Source of the DNA: Dictyostelium discoideum
Taxonomy: Eukaryota
Assembly: GCA_000004695.1 (NCBI GenBank)
Contig: CM000155.2
Span: forward strand, 3,328,001 to 3,392,000
Reading direction: 5' to 3'
Length of the DNA stretch: 64,000 nt
Position 1 is the stretch's first letter. Every line of letters begins with the position of its first letter. Positions 51,842 to 64,000 of the stretch are shown here, one piece after another. Below the pieces are notes generated by a model. That model was not told the DNA's origin, did not search any database, and worked only from the letters and a program-made list of their open reading frames with translations. Both the position numbers and the translations under genes were made by a program.

Positions 51842-53111
51842 AATAATAATAATAATAAATAAATAAATAAATAATAAATAATTAATAACGAATGAAATAA
51901 AAAAAATAAAAACTAAAATCCTTTCCTTTTTTTTTTTTTTTTTTTTTTTTTTGTTCAAACAGGTATGAATTTTTTTTTTTGTTTAATAAATAATTTTTAA
52001 TTAAAATTCTTAAAAAAATGGAACATGTCTAAAATTTTATCTAAACAATTTAAAATTTTATTTTTTTATTTTTTTTATTTAAATAATAAAAATAAAAACA
52101 AATAAAAAAGATAAATGGAATTATTTAATTGGAAAATTGTAATCATTTTTTAAATAATATTGCATAGTTTTTTTTTTTTTAATTTATTTTTATTTAAAAA
52201 TTAATTAAAATGGAAATCGGGAAATATTTATTGGATTGATAATATTGGAAATAGAATAAATTTAATATTGAACTAGATAAGGAAATAAAAGTTAGGGATT
52301 GGCTTTGGCTTAATAATAAAGATGAAAGAAGTTAAAGGAACTATTTATAGAAAGAAAATTGNTAAAAAAAAAAAAAAAAAAAAAAACCAACGCTTGGGCC
52401 TTTAAAGAAAATTGGAAAAAAAAAAAAAAAAAAAAAAATTTCATCAAAATTTGTAAACGACATTTATTTTTTTTTAATTTTTTTTTTTTTATTTTTTATT
52501 TTTTATTTTTTATTTTTTATTTTTTTTTTTTTTTTTTTTTTTTTTTTAGCGATANCTCCTTTTTTTTTAATAATTTTCAACAACAATAAATTTATGTAGT
52601 TTCATAAATGGAAAAAGATAATTTTTATTTTGATTTACAATTATTTAATATAAATAATTTAAAAGAAAANTCAATTATTTGAATATTTTAAAAGGGTAGA
52701 CCCCGATAAAGATAATTTAATTAGTATAATAACAAGATACCCAAATTATATAAATTATTTATTTAATAATAATAATAATAATGATTTTAATAATAAAGAA
52801 TTATTTTATATTAAAATTATAGAATATTTATTAAATAACCAATCAAATAATTTTAATTCATTTTTAAATTTATATAATATAATAATAAATCATAATTTTA
52901 TAAAAGTTTGTATATAAATAAAAAAAAATAATAATAATAATAATAAAAATTTTAATATCATTAACTTTTTTTTTTTTTTTTTTTTTTTTTATAACATTTT
53001 AATTTAAAGGAATTATCAATTAAAATTATAAATATTATATTAAAATTTGAAAAAACAACAGGTTTAGAATGTTCAGTTTATAATTTTTATTTATTATTTT
53101 CATTATTAGAA

Positions 53112-55976
<2,865 letters not shown>

Positions 55977-56036
55977 AATATAAATAAATAAATAAAAAAA
56001 CAAAATAGTATTATTATATAATAGGTAAAAAGAGTA

Positions 56037-56136
56037 NNNNNNNNNNNNNNNNNNNNNNNNNNNNNNNNNNNNNNNNNNNNNNNNNNNNNNNNNNNNNNNN
56101 NNNNNNNNNNNNNNNNNNNNNNNNNNNNNNNNNNNN
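56037..56136. other. Assembly gap (100 N)
   Basis: Run of n. Confidence 0.99.
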
Positions 56137-56526
56137 TTCACTTAATGTTGATGGTGTTATTGTTTTTTTCTAAGAAAGAGAGTGGTCTTGTGATTGATGG
56201 AGGTGCATGATATCTAATTGATTATCAAGTCCTTTGTTTAGTGAGAGTTGGTTTGTTGGGGTTTGTTTTTTAGGTGTGTCGATTTTTGCACTTTTATTTT
56301 TTGTTGTTGAGGTTGTGGAGGTATTATTTGTATTGGTCGTGTTGTTATCTGTATGATTTAACTGTAATTCAGTTGAGTGATCATCAGCCATTGTTGAAAA
56401 GTATATAGGACGATAGCCCTTGCTTTAATGAGCAAAAAAAGGGTAAAATTAAGAGGAATGAATGTGGCGGTGAAGATATAACAGTGATTTATTTATTATA
56501 TGTATAAATTCTCCACATAAACATTT

Positions 56527-57201
56527 ATGGCCCTAGATGATACAGCTCAAAAGGTAATAGAAGCATCACTAGAAAACGTAGATGAACTAACAAGAATAGA
56601 GAATGAGATCAATACCCAATCGATAAAAAATCAAGAAATTAAAACAAAATCAGAAAAACCTATTGAACCACCATCTCCATACAATACACCAATAAAACAA
56701 CACGGCGAAACAAAGAGACTAACAACGGAAGAAAAACTTAGAGAGGTAAATGATATCTTCGACTTCACCAGCCCAAACACTGATGCAATAAGAAAAATAG
56801 AATTCCCACTTTCAATCCCTTCAAATCAATGGTTCTTCTCCTCTCCAATAAAACATATCATGAGTTTCAGCCCAACCTATGGTACACCATCGAAAATTAT
56901 CGATTCACCAAGTAAATTGTTAAACACACCAAAAAACAAACAACAAGACAAAACAAACAGGACCAACAAAACACCAGTCAAACCAAAATTGGGTGAATAT
57001 GGACAAAAAAGCATAAAAACAAAAATGGATGAAGATATAGACAACTTCAACAAGGAAATTCTAAAACAAATCAATAAATCAAAAAACCCCACAAACACAC
57101 AAGACCAACAACACAACGAACAAAGTAAAGATCAGTTAGAAGACAAAATAAACCAGAAACTTCAAAAGGTAGATAAAAATCTACCCCAAATAAAACTATA
57201 A
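56527..57201 (+). CDS. TRE5-type retrotransposon ORF1 (224 aa)
   Basis: MALDDTAQKVIEASLENVDELTRIENE... has host-atypical codon usage. It is immediately followed, with a -1 frame overlap, by the endonuclease ORF. The assignment is by context, not by homology. Confidence 0.6.
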   Translation: MALDDTAQKVIEASLENVDELTRIENEINTQSIKNQEIKTKSEKPIEPPSPYNTPIKQHGETKRLTTEEKLREVNDIFDFTSPNTDAIRKIEFPLSIPSNQWFFSSPIKHIMSFSPTYGTPSKIIDSPSKLLNTPKNKQQDKTNRTNKTPVKPKLGEYGQKSIKTKMDEDIDNFNKEILKQINKSKNPTNTQDQQHNEQSKDQLEDKINQKLQKVDKNLPQIKL

Positions 57202-57455
57202 AGAAAAACACAATAAGAATAGGTGTTTGGAACGTCCAAGGATCCAACACCATCCAATCTGCCAGCATAATAAACACCGTTTTAGACAACAACAAGCTGG
57301 ACGCAGCACTTCTAACTGAAACAAATATAAAAACAAATAAAATTTACTCAATAAATCAACAATATAAAAACAAAATAACACACCACGCACCAATTGATAA
57401 AACAGGACAAGGGGTGTCACAAATCATCATCAACACCCGCAATAGAACTTCCTAA
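57183..57455 (+). pseudogene. Truncated TRE5 ORF2 (first about 90 codons of the APE-type endonuclease only) followed by poly(A). This is an internally deleted element variant.
   Basis: WNVQG...LLTETN are endonuclease N-terminal motifs. Stop TAA is at 57453-57455. The (A)66 run is at 57487-57554. Confidence 0.6.
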
Positions 57456-57497
57456 ACATCTCAAAAAATACAATAATTCACTCAGTACTTTCTATAA

Positions 57498-57557
<60 letters not shown>

Positions 57558-57900
57558 CCAAGTTAATCAGAAAAATAAAAAAGATAGAAAGAAAATAAAA
57601 TGAAAATCACAAACAACACCACAAATATTAAGCAACACAAATGCCTACAAAAAATAAGCGAAATTGTGGATAAAACTCAATTAAAAAAAAAACAATTCAA
57701 ATACGTCATAAACATCAATCACGAACCAGACGATAAAATAAAAAAAGATTTAGAAAAAAGTTGGGACAAAAAAGATGTTTTAATCAAAAAGACCCTGTAA
57801 AAAAAAAAAAAAAATAAAATGAGATCTAGCATCTCAAGGAGAAGCAAATAATAATTGCGTTATCCAATTCAAAAAAAAAAAAAAAAAAAAACAATTCAAA

Positions 57901-58273
57901 AAAAAAGAAAAAACAAACAACAACAACAATCTCTTTTTTTGATTATTTCATTTTTCATATAAAAAAGACTTAAAAAACAAATAAATAAATAAATAAACTA
58001 TTTTAAAAAGCCATCTTTTTACTTTATTGTAATTTATTATTTGTTTCGTTTTGAGAATTTTGCGTAGCAAAATTTTCAAAAAAAAAGCAAAAAATAATCA
58101 GATCGAAAAAAACAAACAACAACAACAATCTCTTTTTTTGATTATTTCATTTTTCATATAAAAAAGACTTAAAAAACAAATAAATAAAAAAAGCAAAAAA
58201 TAATCAGATCGAAAAAAACAAACAACAACAACAATCTCTTTTTTTGATTATTTCATTTTTCATATAAAAAAGA

Positions 58274-58290
<17 letters not shown>
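57901..58290 (+). repeat. Three tandem copies of an about 100-bp unit (A-module-like 5' UTR unit of TRE5) lying between two C-module copies.
   Basis: The unit ...aataatcagatcgaaaaaaacaaacaacaacaacaatctctttttttgattatttcatttttcatataaaaaagacttaaaaaacaaataaataaa is repeated at about 57905, 58100 and 58200. Confidence 0.7.
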
Positions 58291-58310
<20 letters not shown>

Positions 58311-59454
58311 GGAACCCAAGTTAATCAGAAAATTTCCAGATTTTTAACTTTTTAAAGTAAAATAAAAAAAATAGAAAGAAAAAAAGATGAAAATTACAAA
58401 CAACACCACAAATATTAAGCAACACAAATGCCTACAAAAAATAAGTGAAATTGTGGATAAAACTCAAACAAAAAAAAAAAAAAAAAAGTAAACTAACCCC
58501 TCTTTTAAAGACCCTGTAAAAAAAAAAAAAAAAAACCTAAAAATAAAATGAGATCTAGCATCTCAAGGAGAAGCAACTAATAATTGCGTTATCCAATTCA
58601 AAAAAAAAAAAGGTTTATTAAAAAAAGTCCACCCAAATATATATAACATCACATAACGCACTTTACCCTCGACATAAAAAAAAAAAAAAAAAAAAAAATA
58701 TATATAAAACTAATAACCCGGAAAAAAAAAAAAAAAGGGGACCATTGTAAAATTAAAACCTACTATATTAAAATGAGATTAATCTCATGAAGAAGCAACT
58801 CACAATTGCGTTATTCCATTCAAAAAAAATGGTTTATTGAAAAAATAATTGCGTTATCCAATTCAAAAAAAAAAAAAAAGAAGAAACTACAAATAAGAGA
58901 TTAATAGTTTATTTGTATATTTAAGATAGTAAAGAAAACACAATTCTTTTTATTTAATATTTTTAGAGTATTTATATTAATATTTTGAGTACCAGGATGA
59001 GCCTTCTATAGTCAGTTAGTATTTAATATTATTTATTGTTATTGGCAAACCTTCTAAAGTCGGTTATTACTAGTAACTGAATTATATTATGATTCTTATG
59101 ATTTCCATATTAATATATGTCAATACATAAATCCATATTAGTTTTAATATGGTGAATCATTACATTATTTATATTTAAATTTATTTATATTTTTATTTAA
59201 TAGCTTAATAATAATCTGAATCAAAATTAAATTATTTTTTTATATTTATAATAAATTAAATGAGTGACATTTATATAATTTGACAAATTTAAGATATTTA
59301 TTTTATTTTTAAATAATATAAATAGTATAATTTTATAAAAAATAAGGTAATTTTATTAGTATAAAAAGAAAAATAATTTTATATTCAGTGGGTTACATAC
59401 ATAAAATATAATTACAAAAGACCACTTTCGTTATATTTTTTTTTTTTTTTTTTT

Positions 59455-59535
59455 TTAAGTCTTTTTTATATGAAAAATGAAATAATCAAAAAAAGAGATT
59501 GTTGTTGTTGTTAGTTATTTTTCGATCTGATTATT
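59455..59535 (-). mobile_element. Inverted copy of the same about 100-bp TRE5 A-module-like unit, ending about 50 bp upstream of tRNA-Phe.
   Basis: aagtcttttttatatgaaaaatgaaataatcaaaaaaagagattgttgttgttgttag...ttttcgatctgattatt is the reverse complement of the forward unit at 57.9-58.3 kb. The distance to the tRNA 5' end is about 50 nt, the characteristic TRE5 target distance. Confidence 0.55.
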
Positions 59536-59584
59536 TTCAAAACTTAAATATCCTTACTGCTTATAAAAACAAAATTTTCATCAA

Positions 59585-59658
59585 GCCTTAGTAGCTCAGT
59601 TGGTACGAGCGTGAGACTGAAGATCTTAAGGTCGCTGGTTCGATCCCGGCCTGAGGCA
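59585..59658 (+). tRNA. tRNA-Phe (anticodon GAA)
   Basis: GCCTTAG-TA-GCTC-AGTTGGTAC-GAGC-G-TGAGA-CTGAAGA-TCTTA-AGGTC-GCTGG-TTCGATC-CCGGC-CTGAGGC-A. The acceptor stem is 7 bp, D-stem 4 bp, anticodon stem 5 bp (one G-U) and T-stem 5 bp. The A box is TAGCTCAGTTGG and the B box is GGTTCGATCCC. The anticodon loop CTGAAGA closely matches yeast tRNA-Phe. Confidence 0.95.
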
Positions 59659-59688
59659 AAGATTTTAAAATAAAAATATTTGATCGCA

Positions 59689-59699
59689 AGTTCGATCCC
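59689..59699 (+). promoter_or_regulatory. External B box (exB) about 30 nt downstream of the tRNA gene
   Basis: AGTTCGATCCC repeats the internal B-box consensus 31 nt past the tRNA 3' end. Extra downstream B boxes are a known peculiarity of many Dictyostelium tRNA genes. Confidence 0.5.
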
Positions 59700-60738
59700 T
59701 GTTTTAGGTATTTTATTTGTTTTTTTATAAATCGTAATGAGCTTCGAATTCCAGCTAACGTTCTATTCATAATTTATATGTGATAACCCTCTTTGTTTAT
59801 TATCTATATAGGAAAAAATTATTCCAATTATATTAAATGAAAATTTTCAGTTTTATTATCTTATTACTCACAAATTTAAATATGTTAAAATTATATAAAT
59901 ATACACGCCAAAGAGCTTTTTTGAAAAAACATAAAAAACCAAAAAAACCTGAAAAACATAAAAAGAAAAAAAAAAAAACAAAAAAAAATCTTAAATACCC
60001 CAATAAACCTAAAATAAAAAAAAACCAAATTAAAAAAAAAACCTAAAAACCTTAAAGAACCTAAAAAAAACAAAAAATCCTAAAAACCTTAAAAAACCCA
60101 AAAAAACTAAAAAAAACTAAACAAAAAATAAAAAACCCACTTAACACAAAATTACTCTTCACCACTTTAATGCTGAAATTTTTACATCCAACCACCCTTA
60201 TTCTTTTTATTTTTTTTAATTTTTTTATTTTTTTTATTTTTTTTAGTGGTCCAAAGAGCATATAAAATGACTAAAATAACTAATTTTTCTTTTTATTTTT
60301 TTTTTTCGCATTGGCGTGTAAATTTATAATTAAAAAATAAAATAAAATAAAATTATTAAAGATATATCAATTATTATTATTAAATTACACGTGATATTAA
60401 TATTAATTATGCACATTGTTTTTAAAAATTTCAACACATTAAAAAAAAAACTTGTAACTCACAAATTATTTTTTATCTCTTTGTCCAATAATTTTTATTC
60501 TTGTATGAATTGAAATTATAATTGTAATATATTATTCAATTATAAACTGGAAAACAAATTAACAAAATTTATTCTAATTTTAGTTAAAAAAATTCTTTGA
60601 TTAAAAAAATTGCCGAATTTTTATTTTTTTTTTATTTTAATATTATTTTTTTTTTTTTTATATTTCGAAAGAAAAATATAAAAAGAAATAAAAATCAAAA
60701 GTCATATTCATATATCAAAATATACAAGTTTCAAAAAA

Positions 60739-61063
60739 ATGAATAAGGTAAAACCTAGGAAATTTAAACATAAATAATTTTAGATTTTTTTTTTTTTTAC
60801 TAATTCCAAAATTAAAGTTATTAAGTTTAATAGGATTTGCTCTTTTCTATGCTTTATTTCTTTTCTCTGTAGGCTCAAATGCTGAAGCAAATGGGTGCTC
60901 TGTTTACGTCGAACCTTATCAGTACTACGGTTTTTCGTGTCTGGACATGTCAATAAATTGCAACATACCATTTAAAACTTTTATGAGAATTAATAATTTA
61001 GATATGAAAAAGGATTGCGGTTACGAAAAAGTTGTATTGGGTAAAAGATATTGTTGTAATTAA
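60739..61063 (+). CDS. Small secreted Cys-rich protein (about 84 aa). Two exons: 60739..60747 and 60818..61063.
   Basis: ATG AAT AAG is followed by a GTAAAAC donor. The acceptor is ...AAATTAAAG, and exon 2 is TTA TTA AGT.... The product is MNK/LLSLIGFALFYALFLFSVGSNAEANGCSVYVEPYQYYGFSCLDMSINCNIPFKTFMRINNLDMKKDCGYEKVVLGKRYCCN. It has a signal peptide, eight Cys and C-ending codons (TAC, GTC, TGC, GGC) typical of highly expressed Dictyostelium genes. It was missed by the ORF track because of the 3-codon first exon. Confidence 0.45.
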
Positions 61064-61681
61064 ACAATGATAAACAAAATTTAATAAATTCTCTTTATGA
61101 AATTATTATTTTCAAAACTTTCAAATCATAAGTCCCAATTTTTTTTTTTTTTTTAATTTTGTAAAATTTTATTTTATCTTTTTATAACATTAAAATATTC
61201 TATTTTAATTATTAATGTTTATTCTATTGTTGTTAATTTAATTAAAATTATATTCAATTAAATATTTTATTAAACATTTCCATAAAGGGTTAAAAAAATA
61301 ATATAATTAATTTTAAATTAAATTTTAAAAAAAATAAATATAAAAAAATAATATAAAAAAATTAATGGAAATTAATTTAGAAAGAATTAATTAGAATTAT
61401 TCAGAGTAATAATTAATATTAATTTTAGAAAATAAGAATTAAAATGCTATACATAAAACTATAAAAACCCCTTTATATATATATATATATAAATAATAAA
61501 CTTCTTTTATTCGTCTCCCCATTGCTAAATTGTCTTCATTTATTTAGCAAGAATAATAGATAAAAAATAATTAAATAATAAACAAATTTAACTATTGTTA
61601 AATGATTCCTGTAAATGTTACAAAGATATTCATTATTATTATTTTTTATTATTTATTTAAACATTTTTATTTTTATTTTTT

Positions 61682-63511
<1,830 letters not shown>

Positions 63512-64000
63512 TTTTTCATTATGTTTTCAAAAAGTAAATAATAAAAGGTAAATGCTTTTTTTTTCTTTTTTTTTTTTTTTTGGATTTTTATTTTTTTTTT
63601 TTTTTTTTTTTTGGTTGATGATGTGGTTTGTAATGGGTACTTTTTCTTTTTTTTTTTTTAATTTTTCTTTTTCTTTTTCTCTTTATTTTTTTTTTTAACA
63701 TAAATATCAACAACCACTCAAGATTCGAAACACTTTTTTTTTTATTTTGTTCCGTTTTAACCGAACTTTTTTTTTTTTCTTTTTTTTTTATTTTTTTAAA
63801 AATAAAAAAAATATCTAAAATTTAAATTAATGCTGCAAAGATTTTTATTATTTTATTTTTTTTTTTATTTTTTATTTTTTATTTTTTTTTATTGAGTCAA
63901 TATTTTCCTGATCAATTTCTTATTTATTTTTTAATTTTAAAATTGATAACCCACTCGATTTGAAAATAGAATTTAATAATGTAAATACATTTTTTTTATC

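Larger units (their letters stand above)
56137..58880 (+). mobile_element. Cluster of TRE5 (DRE)-type non-LTR retrotransposon copies upstream of tRNA-Phe, with at least three independent 3' ends (C-module-like plus oligo-A at about 57891, 58612 and 58880).
   Basis: ORF1 is at 56527-57201. The -1-frame ORF2 start has an APE-endonuclease N-terminus (IRIGVWNVQGSNTIQSASIINTVLDNNKLDAALLTETN) and is truncated by a stop at 57453. This is followed by an (A)66 run, then a C-module-like 3' UTR (57555-57891: ccccaagttaatcag...aaataaaatgagatctagcatctcaaggagaagcaaataataattgcgttatccaattc(A)n). A second C-module copy with an internal deletion is at 58307-58612. A third 3' fragment is at 58745-58880. The left end is cut by the gap at 56037-56136. 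Confidence 0.7.

Noticed and set aside
56170-56391. Minus-strand ORF MADDHSTELQLNHTDNNTT... between the gap and TRE5 ORF1.
   Set aside because: Composition is retroelement-like and it abuts an assembly gap. It could be the N-terminus of an oppositely oriented element or simply 5'-UTR (B-module-like) sequence. It cannot be resolved, so it is not reported as a gene.

Overview
The window is eukaryotic nuclear DNA whose composition and gene structure look like Dictyostelium discoideum. AT content is roughly 75-80%, with ubiquitous poly-A/T runs and long (AAT)n/(CAA)n codon runs that encode poly-Asn and poly-Gln. Introns are short and AT-rich with GTAAGT/GTATGT/GTAAAT donors and YAG acceptors. A tRNA gene is preceded by a nest of TRE5 (DRE)-type non-LTR retrotransposon fragments. 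There are no prokaryotic operons, CRISPR arrays or defence islands. Three assembly gaps (100-120 N each) and five isolated n bases interrupt the sequence.

I could support about 25 protein-coding genes, many multi-exon. Several are invisible or fragmented in the Met-anchored six-frame ORF track.
- Mobile element: the 3' part of a LINE-like retrotransposon ORF2 (reverse transcriptase) at the left edge.
- Regulatory and chromatin proteins: an ankyrin-BTB-bromodomain-ET protein, a Mediator subunit 8 homologue, an snRNA-activating-complex SNAP43 homologue and COP9-signalosome subunit 4.
- Signalling, membrane and metabolic proteins: a PAQR/hemolysin-III receptor, a YfcG/Nu-class glutathione transferase, WASP (WH1-CRIB-polyPro-WH2-acidic) and a class-3 lipase.
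- Less common: an F-box protein that also carries a cullin-N-terminal-like segment, and a PA14 (psi-family-like) extracellular protein broken by a gap.
- Extracellular and membrane families: two paralogous beta-helix-like surface proteins, and two tandem pairs of small paralogous genes.
- Putatively mitochondrial: a P-loop NTPase.
- Small genes: small secreted peptide genes.

Non-coding features:
- tRNA-Phe(GAA) with a downstream external B box.
- A strong candidate class I ncRNA with an upstream DUSE-like element.
- An inverted pseudogene fragment copied from the med8 gene 7 kb away.
- A cluster of at least three TRE5 insertions upstream of the tRNA, including an internally deleted ORF1 plus truncated-ORF2 copy and tandem A-module-like units.

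Exon-boundary coordinates were derived by hand and should be read as about +/-3 nt.
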